The notes below the pieces were generated by a model. That model did no database searches, was not told the DNA's origin, and worked only from the letters and a program-made list of their open reading frames with translations. This document shows positions 24,601-39,600 of a DNA stretch of 64,000 bases, piece after piece. The stretch's first letter is position 1. Each line of letters opens with the position of its first letter. Origin of the DNA: Asterias amurensis (Eukaryota). Both the position numbers and the translations under genes were made by a program. The stretch spans positions 18,173,185 through 18,237,184 of the forward strand of contig NC_092661.1 of NCBI RefSeq assembly GCF_032118995.1, in the 5' to 3' direction.

Positions 24601-27600
24601 CTTGCGAGCCCAAAAACTTGCGGGTACGAAGCCTGCTTGCATACATTTGTCTTTGGGTTTGAAAGTCCTACTCTGCAACCTGGGGGATCTTGATGGTTTT
24701 ATCATCATTTTCTTATGAATTTGATCCAAGTAATAAAACACAATTAACTTTTTGATTAATTATTTTTATTCTATTTTTTATTTATTTATTTAATTATTTT
24801 ACTTTATTTTTCCATAATTATTATCGATTATTTTCATTTCCATCCCAACCAGGCACATTTCTTACCAGATCTTTATCAGTGACGCTTCCAGTCATATTAG
24901 CTGTGTCCCAGATCCTAACAGATTTGTCTTGACTCCCTGTAGCAAGCAACAAATCGTCACTCATCGTCTCTCCAAAGTCTGCTGATAAGACAGGCCCGAT
25001 GTGGCCCTGTAACAAGCACCATTCCACGGTAGGGTAGAGACGAAGTACCTTCAGAAAATACCAAGAAGATTTGTTCAATAGAAAGAAAATCAAACATACA
25101 GTTTATACAAAGAAGTAGTCTGTAACATTTTTGCTCAAATATAATAATAATAATAATGATTACATTTATATAGCGCTTTATACCAAAAATAAGTTTCTAA
25201 GCGCTATTAAATATAGCTTCTCATCATACCGATAAGGGACCAAACAAATTTGCTCCTTTTAGACTTGGTTTGTAGGATTTGAAACTTTGCATGGTGGAAA
25301 TACAATATGGAAATGTTTGCGGTAACACCATGTTACTGCAAACCTTTCCAGACTTGGTTTGGTCACATCAATTTGTTTTGAATTTAATTGGGAAAAGCAC
25401 AGCCAGACTCCAACACAAAATATTAAGAAGGTTACTAACTAATATTTGATCACAAATAAAGTCAAACTATATGTCATTGATCGAGCTGTGTGTTAGCCTA
25501 ATAAGGCTTCACAAAAATATCCATCACCAAGGCATTATAACAAAATTAGGATTGCCAAAAATACACGAGTTACACTATTTAACATACCTTTAAATCACTG
25601 TCCCCAACCAAATTAGCAATGAACTCCAAGTTATGAGAGATGACATTATTGGCTCCCTGGCTGTGTAGGGACAATTTGTGGCCCTCAGTTTTGGTCTTGT
25701 TCCCCTTAACAACCCAGCGATATGTGCCGTTTGGAAGAACCCCTAGCAGTTTGCGGCCATCTTGGGAGAAGCGTAGACTGGTGTTGTTCAACTGCCCTTT
25801 AAGATTTTCCGTTTCAAAATGTTTGGTGTCCTATGAATGGGGAAATTGGGAAAAAATTAGATTACATTGAAAACTATTTAAGAAAATATGAAAAAGCTCT
25901 TGATTATTGTCATTACAGAAATAGTGGCCTACAGTAGAATTCTGTTCAGTAAAATATTAAGTTTGCCTTAATATCAAATAGCATTTTTAAGCCACAACAA
26001 AATTTTGAAATTTTTGCATTAATGTTTGGTTCCATCATAGCAATGAAGTAAAGATTAAAAGTGTTGGTAGTTCTTGAGCAAAAAGCGAGGTTCGTCCCAC
26101 ATTCCTAATGTACAATCTTAAACTGAACAAAATGCATAAAACCTTTAAGGACAGCTCATGCGTAAACAAAAAGGCAGTTTAAGTGCAGTATCAGTTTATT
26201 TTCAGCTTTAGCTTTTCAGCAACGAAGGCGATTGCCTCCATGCCCCTTGGTCATTGCCTTGGTGCCCTTAAAATGCTCCAGTACAATCTTTACATAGGGT
26301 GCCCTTTACCAAGGAGAAATGCCTTGGCGCCTTGCCCTTTCAAAAAATAGAGCATACAGGTCTGCTATTAGGATTTAATATTTCAGTGTGTGGAGGATCT
26401 TGTTACTTACTGTCTCCTTGGCAATGTCCCATAGATAAACATCCTTGTAAGCAATGGCTACCATCTTACCACTTGGCATGAAGGTGACTGCTTTTGGGCG
26501 ACACTGTAATTCAAGAAAAATGCATATTAAAACAACATCCAGATATAGCTGCAAGGCAACTCATTCTCTGGGAACCCTCATATGGAGTAGCCTCTCGAGG
26601 TGGTCAGACGCTAACCTACGTGGACCAATTGCGTTGTCATACTGAGCTAACCACTGCAGCTGAGATCAGAACAGCCATGGGAGATTATGAATGGCGTGCT
26701 CCTGTTGCAGTCCGACAAGAGTCGACTTGATGATGATGACATTATAACAAAGGGTGATTTAAGGATTTGCAGGTTTAAAAAATTTTGGTGTATTGTCAGT
26801 AGAACATTCATGCTTCATACTTTAAACCCAGAAATGTTTTACTTAATTAATAAAATAAATTAATTCATATGCAGTTTAACAACGCCCCACCCCCATTATT
26901 TATTAAAATTCTGAAACAAAATTATGTTTTCGAAGTTTGTTTTGTTGTGTGTCCTACAATAAAATTGAAACCATTTTTCATGCATATGAGCGCAGCGAAG
27001 GAGCATGAAATTGTAAATTCAGTTCTACAAAACAACTATCGGACAATAGCAAAAACAAATTAAAAAAAAAACCAACAAAAAAGAAGCTAAATCCAAGCAG
27101 TTCTCTATTATTACAATAATAATAATAAGACATTTGTAAAGCGCCTAATGCAAAAGCCTCTAAGTGCATTAAAGAAACAATAAAATAAACAATTAGAGAA
27201 AGATACAAGATACAAATAGGCAAATTACAAAAAAAGAAGCTTTAAACAAATGAGTTTTCTACAAGGACTTAAAACATTGTAAAGTATTAGCTTGGCGAAT
27301 ATGCACAGGAAGACTATTCCAAAGAAACAAACTCTTTCAAATGAAAATCATGGATGTGATTAATGAGTGGATATAGCAGTAGAGGATTGTTAAGAACTAA
27401 GGAGGGATTAAGTGGAGGGGGGGGGGAGGCCATTACGTACCTTGAGTTCCTTTCTTTGGATCAGCTTTCCATCGTGAGTGCCATAGACATAGAGACGACC
27501 AAAAGTCACTATGTAGATATGTCTGTTAGTCTTTGGTATAAAGACAGTCACTTGGGTGTCGATCTCCAAAGGAATATTAACAGAAAATTTACCTAAAGGA

Positions 27601-30600
27601 ACAAACAAACCATTGAATGAAAACTGTGTAGTTTTGTACTTATTTCTTTCTTTTGTTGCTTTTGTATTTCAAAGTGCTTTGTATAGAATTTGTAAAAAAC
27701 ACTTTATAAGTAAACTTATATGATTATTATATTGTGCATAATGATGGCCTTATTTTCGAACCAAACCAGATCTTCTTCAGAGGCATAAACAAGTACAAAA
27801 AAATACATATCCATTTATAGAAAAAAGAGGGGAAAAGGATTTAAAGGCAGTGGACACTATTGGTAATTACTCAAAATATCTATTAGCATAATACCTTTCT
27901 TGGTGACGAGTAATGGGGAGAGGTTGATGGTATAAAACATTGTGAGAAACGGCTCCCTCTGAAGTGCCATAGTTTTCGAGAAAGTAATTTTCCATGAATT
28001 TGATTTCGAGACCTCAGGTTTAGAACTTGAGGCCTCAAAATCAACCATCTAATCGCACACAACTTTGTGTGACAAGGGTGTTTTTTTTTCATTATTATCT
28101 CGCAAATTCAATGACCGATTGAGCTCAAATTTTCACAGGTTTGTTATTTTATGCATATGTTGAAATACACCAACTGTGAAGGCTAGTTTTTGACAATTAC
28201 CAATAGTGTCCACTGCCTTTAAGAGACGGATCCAGAAAAAAAGGGAAAATTATAGCCAATCAAAGTTTATATTTCAGAAACAATTGGTGGCTATGAACCA
28301 ATAGGAGTGGTGAGGACAAAGGATGTTCAGTATGTTCTATTATTATAATATGCAATATAAAATCTAACCTACATGTGAGCCAACATACCTTTAGCATATC
28401 CTCCCTGTCCGAGTCCCAAGAGTTTTACTCCAGTCTTTTCTAGAACAGCCAACCAATAACAATGACCTGCAAACTCCATCTTGATTGGCTCACCTTCAAC
28501 TGTTACTTCTAGGGCTCCACTTGCAACCTGAAATAACACAACCTCTTTTATTAAAATGAGCGTACTGAATGAGTCGTTGAAAGTTAAACGACGTGGTTAT
28601 GACTATGACTGACAGGCTATTTGTTTTCCCAATAAGCCATTTGCGAGTAAGATTTGAATAATGTCTGGTACATTGACTTGCTTAGTCGCAATGTATTGCT
28701 TACATTTGGATTCCTCAGACTATAGAGACAGTTGCTGTGTCAAATGGTTCGGCGCAAGCTTTTTGTATAGCAACCTCCAGATGAGCAAACCCTGGTGTAC
28801 CATTGAGCCATACACATCCATTCAAAATTGTGTGTGGGTGTAACACATGGGTGTAACTAAGCAAAAGTTTGCTCCTAATCATGTGTCATAGTAACTGTCT
28901 TGATAGTCTGAGGATAGGAATTGAAATTTAAGTGGTAACTTGTGATCAAGCACATCATTGTACCAGACAATATTAAAATCTTACACGCAAATAGCTTAAA
29001 GATATACGAGTTAACATAATTGATAATGTCTACTTGCATGCTAGTTCAAAGCAATGCAGATGAATCAATTGTAGAATATTATTTTTGCAACACATTAGAT
29101 CCTGTTGAAATGTTTTGTGATCTTTAGGCTGCTCTTAAATGAAAAGAGTAGAGCATTCATTTAAATGGAGTGTCCAAAGAAACACTCCTTTTGAAAAGAT
29201 CAATAATTTTAAGTAAAAATGGAGCATGATTTCATGAATATAAGATTCAGTGTTTCCTTGTTCACATTTTAAACTTTGCTTTTCCCTAATACTTTCAAAC
29301 ACTCTCTGTTTTATGATATTGTGTAGTTTCTTACCCGCCAAACTCTGATGGTGTTATCTTGGCAGAAAGTTGCCAAATACTTGCAATTCTTGGAGAATTG
29401 ACACAGGGCAACAGGAGCTGTATGGGTCAATGTCATGATCTCTGCCCCGTGACACTGCTCCTTGGACAAGTCTAACCAAGTAAACACTGGGGACAAATTG
29501 GGATAGATAACAAAATGAGAAAATAGAATTAGCTGCTGCAAACAACTTACCAACCAAGAGGACCGAAGGTATAAATGCAAAAATAGTGGAATGGCCTGAA
29601 GTTGACCCCTGCAGAGTCTTCTCCAGAGAAAGACTCTGCTAGGGTCAAAACAGTGTTCGAAACGTCAGGCCATTAACTATTTTTTGATTTGGACAACTTA
29701 CTGACAGTGAAGAGAATCTATTACTTTTGTATTGTAAATAAAAAGAAATAATAATAATTAAGGCGTAAATAAAAAGTAATAATAATAATAAAGATGTTTA
29801 ATGAGCACAAAACTAGGTGTTCAAGGCGCAGTAAAAAAAACAAAAAAACACACAAAAAAACTCACTGTTTTTTCCATGTACAGTCAGATAGTCCTTGGCA
29901 TATGCAGAGCAAGACGATGAATCAGGTTCGTTTAATGCTTGTTGACAAATCAGCTGTGGGTATTTCTGGATCATAGAAGCATTGGAACGTACCATGCGGT
30001 AAAAGTCCTTCAATTTACCGCCAAACTCACACTTATCAGCAGCCTGCAGAATACAGAAAGCAAATCTAGTTGTTTGAAACTTTTCTAAAACACTCAAAGA
30101 ATACCCATATACACCGCAACGTGTTAGTACTGTATACTAAGTACTTTCCTGAGCTCTGTGAAAATAACCACAGGCATATTACTCAGGTGGCATATTACTC
30201 ACAGGTATATTATTTATCCCTGATGCAACATTCCATCTACTTAATTGTTTCTTTTATGGGTAATGTTAGCACAAGAAAATGTTAAACTATTAAAAGTTTA
30301 CAACTTTGAGAAGCATGAATTGTAACATGGAGAAAACTGTTGAGTACTGTTTTAAAATATAGGCATAGATGTAAATCAATGAATGTCGATGGAATACGCT
30401 CCAGAAGGCAAGCATATTTTAACAATAATACTCCCAAACTATTAAATTAAAAAAAGCGAATAAAGAAATCACAAACATTCTGTACTGCTACAGGAACCAA
30501 GCAATATAATTTTGCATAAATAGCAGACACAGGTTTTGTCTATCATTTGTTGGACATAAGGAAGCTGCAAAATTAACCCATCTGCATAAGCTGTATTGAC

Positions 30601-33600
30601 TCATTTCACCTGACGTCATCATCAGAATAATCTGTGATGCGGCATACTGGTCACTGTGCGTTATTCAGTGAAGTGCGCATTTTAGGCGATGCTGCGTTTA
30701 CACGTAAACGCATTGCCAACCAAAATGGTGAGCGTGGCACAGTCGCCGCGTGTGACATGCGTGCAAGAGGTCAATATGGAAAGTACTTACCTCAGCCAAC
30801 TCTAGAAGAAGTTTATAAATACGTCCAGTCCTGCACTTAGCCTCCAGCCATGGTATTGAACACATTTCCTGTAGTATGAGTTAGACAGCATAAGGGACAA
30901 TATTTAAAAAACAATATTCCTCCATGAAAACTCAAGCACCCCTTGCTGAAACCTGCAGGTGATGAAGATCTAGTCAGCTGTAGACATTGTGGCCTTGACT
31001 ATTCAACAAGAAAACAGTTTGAAAGAAACAACAACAGCTACTAAAACTGCCACATCATTGTACAGGGTATAAATAAGTTAATACTGTAAATAAAAGACCA
31101 TTTAAGTTTTAAGTTTTATAAAGCAAAATAAAGAAGAAAAACCCCAAACGATAGCCACTAAAAGACAAGTCATACTTTGCATCATTGTACATGATTTAAT
31201 TCATTTAAATCCTTTATACAAATAGAAAATTAAGACTTGTCTTTTGGTTTACACTTGTATTGTAATATCACTTCATTAAATGCGTTAAAAATAACCCTTT
31301 CCTTTTTAAATCATGCATCTAAATAAAAAATAGAACAAACAGGACAACATCAGAGAGATTTCTCACCCTATCTGCATCTTCCCACAAATTTCCACGGATG
31401 ATGTGGCGTGGTAGCTCAGTTAGTTTCCTAAGGTTCCAGTGTATCTTCTTAGGAGACTTTGAGGTCTTGAGACTATCAATGTCTGCCACAGAGTTATGAC
31501 GTGTTGCTGATCCTGAACTTATCACCAAGGGTTGAGACTGAACACCACGATGGGTCACTGCCATGTTACCTGAACCTTTCTCCCGGTAGGGCTTTGGGGT
31601 ATCAGCCCACCTGTAAGAAGTAAAGACCACTTATTAAGAGACTGAACACCACGGTGGGTCACTGCCATGTTACCTGAACCTTTCTCCCGGTAGGGCTTTG
31701 GGGTATTAGCCCACCTGTAAGAAGTAACAATATTTATTAGCCCTGCATGTCAAAACAGTCATGATGATTTGCAGTCATTAATAACTGCCACAGTTGCGGT
31801 GCAAACCCCATAGTTGTTTTTTTGAAGGACTAGTCTGTTCATCTGCTTTGATTAGGCCATGTTTGAATGGGTAGCCAAGGCTACTATATAAGTTGGTTGT
31901 GTGGTTGCCCAGGTTGTACACTCCCAAGGAAGCTGAGAATGATTAAAGGAATGTTATTGGCCCAATGGCACTAATGTAAAGCGCATGGAAATGGTTATTT
32001 TGAAATACACTATAAGAACTTGTTATTATTATTACGTTATGATACGTTGAAGTATAGGATGTCCTTTGCAACAGTCGTAGCCATAGCCAAAGCTGCCAAT
32101 TTGGATACGGCTTGAGATCGAAAGACAAAGGATGATAAAGGTTTCTTTAGTTGTCGCTAAATGCCTACCTTCCAAGGAAGTACATAGCAAGAGCTTGGTG
32201 TAATAGTGCTGCTGAATCACTCAGATATAGCTGCCGAGCTTTCTCATAGAAGAGTCTGTGATACCAACGGTAGACCACAACATTATCCACACCTCCTTCC
32301 ACTAAGTAGTCACCTTTAGACGGGAAATACAAGAACAATCCTTAAAGACACTGAACACTATTTATTGGTAATTACTCAAAATGATTGTTAACATCTTTAC
32401 TTGGTAACGAGCAACCGAGAGCTGTTGATAGCATAAAACATTGTGAGGAACGGCTCCCTCTGAAGTTTTGGACCTTAAAGTTCTGGAACAAAGAATTCTG
32501 GGTCCGAAAGCCCAGATTGAACTGGTTATAAAAGAATTTTGAAAAGCACTATTTCTGATAATGCGATTCAAGTTAAAGCAAAATTTCATGAAGCAAGTCA
32601 AATAGATCATTTAACTCACCTAAGTCTAGTCGCAGTCTAGTCCACAGCAGAGGAGGCAATCGTCTGATTGGTGGGATATGAAACTCAAAGACGTCATCCA
32701 GGACTACGTCATCACATGACAGCACGTCAATCAGTTCATTGGCTGACAGCCCTGTGGCAGATGCAGTAAGGTAGCCCAAAGCATGGCGTACAAATATCTC
32801 ACCGTGCTTCACCTCTAGCCTGTGGAAAATAAAACAAGCAATGATGGTGAAATCATCTTCACATAGAAGTAACAACTTACATTGTATAATGGTAAAAGAA
32901 GAAAAAACTATCAACCTCTCGTTGAGCATGTTCGATGGACATTTGTAACTGTCAAAATGCAATTTTATGGTAATTTTTTAAAGAAAACAACCTAAAACAG
33001 GGATATTGAACAGTTTACTTTTGCTTTATCACTTACAAACAAAAGCAGGTTTTTATAGGGTGGTCGCAAAACATTGATAATTCTTTAGAACAACAAAACC
33101 AAAAAAAAAGACATACTCGTTGAAAAGCTGTTCAATAAGTCCTGGTGTGCTATCAGCAAGTTTGCATTCTTTCAGCGGTGTGTACGACTTCCACTTCTTT
33201 GCAATGTCACAAGCCAAACGCATGAAGAGGGGTGTTGGAGTTTCGTCATGGTGGGCATGCAGCACAATTTGCTTCTGGTCCGGGGTTAGACTCCTGCCTG
33301 ATTTACTTAACATTAAATCAATGATATTATGCTGGTCTTGCTCATCAAGTCTCACAATCTCAAAGTAGGAATCCTCATTCTACAGATTAGACAGAAGCAA
33401 ACATAACAAAGGAACAGCATTACTAGGCAATCTAGGGCATTGGATTCAAGTTCTGCAGCCAATTTTACGTAACGCTAGGATTAATCGAGTAACCCGTCCT
33501 AACTTAGGATGGGTTCAATGGATACGGAACTTAACTTGTCCCAAGTCCTAAGATTAATCCCAAGTTAGGAAGCGTTTGGTGAAATCGACGGCTGGTGCTG

Positions 33601-36600
33601 TCAGCGTAAGACTTCAGGGTTCTAGTCATGACGCACGTGTCCTTAGTAAGACAATCAATCATGAACGCTTGGACCTTCGAATAGAAGCTAAACTGTAGGT
33701 CCTATGTTTTATTTATAACATAAAAAAGGACCCAGTGATAATAATAAAAATAATAATAGTGGCTTCTTATATAGCGCACATATCCATTACTCAGTGACGC
33801 TCAGTGCATCTACTGTTAAGAGTAGCACTTACTGTTAAGAGAAGGGGCTTGCCTCAATTGCACGCAAGTATTATATAAATGGGTCTCGTAATACAAAAAC
33901 TGAGATGCCCGCAGTTAAAGAGCTACACAAGAACTGAGTGTTATTATTACCATTGACAGAAACAACCCTACCATAGCATAATCTTGTCCAACATACCTTC
34001 ACTAAATTTCTCATTGCAGAAAGGGCACCCCCAGCATTGGGTCGTATAGTAACGATGAGATGAACATGTTTTGGGAGCACAGGACAAAGCCAATGGAGGT
34101 CACGACCTTCATTCTCATTGGTCAGCTGATCCAGCGAATCAAGGAAGATCACTACAAAAAAAATACAAAGACATCACTTTTGTTTAATATCAAATGCAGG
34201 AATTTTGAGGGCATATCAATCTTGAAATCATCAACATATTTGTCCAGCTGGGCATCTTGTATGTACTTTCAGCTTTTATACCTTTATATAGAGTATTGTG
34301 GCTTGTACTATTTTTTGTACTATTATGGTAATTTTATGTAATTTTTGTAAATTTGATGTAAAGGCCGAAAAGAATTTCCATTCATGAATAATAAAGTGAA
34401 ACTGAACTTAATGTATTGCACTTCACTATAAATCTGATAAGAATACAATATACATGAAAATCTTCAATATTTTATCATCTGTCTAGCTTAATGTTCTGCT
34501 GAAATTACGAGTGATTCAAAAGTACTAATAAAACCAGCTCAGTCAACATCACAATCTTAAAAAAAAATGTTTTCGCGTGTCAACAAATTAACTTCAGTTG
34601 GACATCAGTTGTCTTGCTGAATCTGCACACTGTCCACCAAGTATCTTGTTTATTCATGCATTAAAGCAAATGCATGACACTAGTCAAGTTTAATAGATGT
34701 TTGGACTTACTGATAGGTTTCTCTGCAGAAGCTTTGCCGAGCAGCTCCACAAATCTTCTTGTGAGTAGTTTGTACTCTGTTGGCACTTTAGAAAGGTCAA
34801 GATTCAAGCAGTAACTCAGCTGGAAATAGAAAAAGATGAAATCAAAATCAAGTATTGACCCCTTGCACGCACGTCACACTGTGCCACGCTCACCATTTTG
34901 GTGGTCAATGGGTTTACATGTAAACGCTGCGTCGCCTAAAATGCGCACTTCACTGAATAACGCAAAGTGGCATTGACCTCCAAAATGGCGCATCCAAGAT
35001 TATTCTGATGACAGCAGGTGAATTGGGTCAATAGCAATATTTTTTTGATCATTTCTTGTGTGTTCAATCGGACAGGTATATATTTTGTTGTCAAGGCTGG
35101 TTAAAGGGTTAATACTTGAGCCTAAGCAAAAAAGCAAGGCCATAGGTTTAATCATAGTGCTAAACTTACCTGTAAGCAGATGAAGTAGAGTAGATCTCTA
35201 ATGTTGGAGGAGTTTGGTGTGATAGCAATGAAGCGCATGACATGGATTGGTCTAAGAAATAATAATAAAATAATTGGAAATAATTATTTTAATTTTTATT
35301 CAGTTAGTTTAATTGGGAAAGCAGGATTTATAAAAAATATAGAGGGACATCATTTGCCCAAGATTTTTCACCGTAAACTTAAATGAACATTACAGAATAG
35401 GCAAGAAAAAACAACTCTAAGATCACAGATTTACATAAAACTTACAGAGTCCCTTGAAATATTTCCGTCTTAAATGTCATATTTGATGAGAATTTAAAAA
35501 AACAAATTTACAATGTACAATTTGGAGTTTATCACTCAGTGTTTCATTTTTAAAATTTGTTTTAGTCATCCGGTAGTCATGTAAAATGTGTCATCGTTCT
35601 TTTTCTCGTGACCCAGATGGCCGATTGATCTCAAACTTCCACAGGTTTGTCAGTTTATGTATATGGTGGATTACATAAAGTGCTAACACTGCCAGCAACT
35701 GTTTTGGTAGCGAAAGCCAATTCTGTAGTGTTCCTTTAACAGTCCAAATATTTTCTTAGGGAAACGAGCTGCAAAAACAGTATCAAATTCAACCTATGTC
35801 AATTAGTGAATTAGTGACAGAATACAAATCATTAATTAAACTGAATGAAAACTATTTCTAACTGAATGATAATAATAAGCACTGTAGAAAGCAACAAAGA
35901 AATAAACATTGTTGTAAATTAAAATAGAAATGAGTTTTTAACATGGCTTTGAAGAATTCAAGAGATGATGCCAGACCAGTGGATGTGAGAAGGAAAAATG
36001 TTAGTGCACCGACTGTGAAGCTTGTTAGCCATACTGGATATAAGTGTGGGGTGCAGCAGACCAGCACAAATCACAAATCCCTAATTGTTTAGACCTACCT
36101 TCCAACATTACAGCCTTCCCATGAATCAAGAGACTGACTAATCACTTTGGCTAGCAGTGATGTCTTGCCACATCCACCACAACCATGAACCACAAATGGC
36201 TATAAAACACAAACAAAAAATTACATTTGTCAGAAATTACTAAGTATATTTCATCTGAATTTGATCATGGAGAAGTTACCTGGGCAGTTGCTATCAGCAG
36301 GCAAATTAAAGTGTCAACAATTGAATTAGTAATATCTAAAAAATATACGTAACTTTTAAAATTGTGCAGTAAAAAGAGAATATTTTCAAAGAGAAAGATT
36401 TTGAGACTTTTTTGGGATGATACGGACAACATTATTCTCTATACTGGGCCTTTTACTCAAAGACTACTTCTGTGGATTATCCAGCCATAGAGAGAAAGGC
36501 CTCAAAGACTGGGTCTATGAGAAAGACGGACTGGATCCTTTCTCTATGATACAGCCATGCACAAAACAAAACTCTATCAAACTGTTTTCACCTGGAAAAA

Positions 36601-39600
36601 TGAAACCATATTGCCCAATACATAATAATAGGTTCTTGTAAGCACCTTATAACATCCCTAGGTATCAAAGCGCTCACTATTTGTTTTTCAACAAGATAAG
36701 CAGAGCTGTATTTTGAAGACCCACGTATGTAGCAGCTTCTATTGGTTTACAATATGCTGTGGCGCTTTCAGCAGCTACTGTAAGCAACACGGGGGCAAAC
36801 CCCTTCTCTTGACGATAAGAGTAACTGAGTTCTCTTAAAGCCATTGGACCCTTTCGGTAAACAGTGTTTTCCAAGGCCCACACTTTGTGTACCACAACTT
36901 CTACATCAAATAACAAACCTGTGAAAATTTAGGCTCAATCGGTCATTGGAGTCGGGAGAAAACAACGGAAAAACCCACCCTTGTTTCCGCGCGTTTCGCC
37001 GTGTCATGACATGAGTTTTAAAAAAATCCGTAATTCTCGTTAACGAGAATTTATATTGTTTTGCTGTTTTCTCAAAAAGTAAAGCATTTCATGGAGTATT
37101 ATTTCAAGAGAAGTCTTTCACCATTGCCTTCTGTAAACCCTGTAAGTTATTTGTAAATCTGTGAACTTTTATTTTTTTTTTCTGAACCGAAAGGGTCCAA
37201 TGGCTTTAAGTGCATTACACATCAGAAGGGACCTACGGCTATACGCCCCATCTTAAGGATGAAACAGTAATGGTGCAGTGTCTTGCTTCAGGACACCAGT
37301 GTCAAGGCCAAGGCTCGAACCCAGAGTCTGCTGATCAGAAACACCAGGGCTCGAGTCTGGTACGCTTGAAGGCTCAGCCAAAAGAGTAATATTTGAAACT
37401 TTATAGTTACACATCAGGTGAATTATGAACTTACCCTTAATCCATGTGGTAGTTTCAAATAAGCACTAATGCCCCTGATGAGGTTCTCTCGTCCAGCAAA
37501 CAGGTCTGCTCTCTCACGGCAGAATATGCTATGACTAATTACCTCTGAGAACAGAGGGTTATCCATTGAACTCATCAAAGATAAGGCACCTGTGCAAGGG
37601 GTCAGAAACAACAGCCAAATTAAACAACTGTAGATCTCTTCTTTTTTTGTCAAGGAAAATGAAATCTGTTGATAATCAAAGCTTCTCCAACAGTAATACT
37701 GCTGTAAAATATTGGAATGTATTTGTTAAAAGGACAACAAGTTGTGATGCTATATAACCAGGGATGTAAATAGGCTATTGAAAAAAAAAAAACATGAACT
37801 ATGAGCGCAAAACGTGAAAGCTTCGAGCACAACACTTGCATATTCTCATTGTTTGACCCATGTGAAAGCCGCCTACGAGTAGAGTCACATTGGGTTCCAT
37901 GAAGGAGATTGATCTTACCTTTGTGGACGGATTTCACAAGATAATCACAGAAATTATCCAGGAAACTTTTCAGCTTTTCTCTATTTTGACTATCGTTGTA
38001 CATGGCATCACTATCTGGGTAAAACCGGAGACTGTACCTGAAAAGACAAATTTTAAAAACGTGGTGTGAATAGGTACAGGGAGTCTCCCATAACCTTTTA
38101 AGAAGCTCACACCCAAAAAGAGTTGATAGTGGCTTCTTATATATAGCGCGCATATTCCTCACTCAGTGACGCTCAAGGCGCTTGAACACACAGTTTTTTC
38201 CTGCAAGGTATGTGGGACTACACTTGAACTATGAGTTTTACTCTTTTTACATGTTGTGGCCCAATATGCTGCCAATTAAACCATGAACACCGGGGCAAAC
38301 CCCTTCTCTTTTCGTTAAGTGCACTGGGTTCTTTTACGTGTGTTACAAAACACACAAAACCAACAGCTCTGCGCCTCATCCGAAGGACGAAGCAATGGTT
38401 AAGTGTCTTGCTTATGGACACAAGTGTCACGGCTTGGGATTCGAACCTACACTCTGCTGATCAGAAACATCAGAGTTTGAATTTGGTGATCTTAAATACT
38501 CGGTCACGACACTTCCACATTACACACACCACACATTAAAAAACTTTTTTGTTCTCCTTCTTTTATCACAGAGAAGTTTTGAAATATCTTTGTGGTATAT
38601 AGGATTTGAGGCATTGCATGGTGAAGTATCAATGTATATTTCGTTTGCGGTAACACCATGTGTGTATCTACTTGCCAGGTAGAGTTTGTTCTTAGAGAAC
38701 TGTCTTGCTTTATTCTACTGCCACGGAGTAGATAATCGGAGGTTCGGGATACTTCTCAGTTCTGAAAAGAACTGTCCTGCTTTTTAACTATTACCAGGGT
38801 GGATGGTATAGAAAATAGACTGGACTATTACTTTAGCTTATAGAATCGTAATTAACTGTACTGCCGCGGAGTCAGTTCTGAATTGGTCTCAATTTTCGAC
38901 TAGCTTGCTCTAGTCATCGTCATCTTTGTGGTCTCACCACATACTCACTTCTGAATTCGATCTGAACTTATGGTGTCACTGATGTTTGTCATGAGATTCT
39001 CAAGTTTCGTCTGAGCCTCGTTGTCCAACTGCCCGTCTGCCTGATCAATGTAGTACTGAGTCCCCGCATTCTTCAAGTCAAAGTTGGTGAAATTCCTCTT
39101 GAAAAAATGAAAACGGTTGTGGTCCGTCTCATGATTCCCCTCGATTGCCTCGGCGATTTCACCCTCTGTTATCGAGCGTAAGATTTCCTCTTTGATTTTG
39201 GGGTTTAAAGACATGTTCTTGACGGCAGCAAAGATGGCACTTCGCATTGTTGTGAATAAAGCCCACCAATCGTCTCTCTGTTTAGCATCATTTTTCTGGT
39301 TGGGAAATTTCCACGTGATGGGCTGCAGTACATATTCTGCTTCTGTAAAGTTAATTTTGAAGATAGGAAAACAATGAGAAAATGTAGAATGAGAGCAGTA
39401 TGTTAGTTTTGCAATGAAGATATCCACCACCTTATTAAGGTGCTTCTAACAAGATGATCCTGTAATAGAGAACTTTGTATCCAAAGGAACATAGCCACTT
39501 TTGTTGAGTTAAAAGTTCTTGCGTTATCAATTAATAAACCACAAGGAAGGACTAAGTAAATTTAAAATAATTTGGGGTTGAACAAAGAAAATTTTAATAG

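Noticed and set aside
37650-38162. A 170-aa ORF on the minus strand
   Set aside because: Only the central 119 nt (37919-38037) is NWD exon 4, bounded by AG and GT. The rest is open intronic frame.
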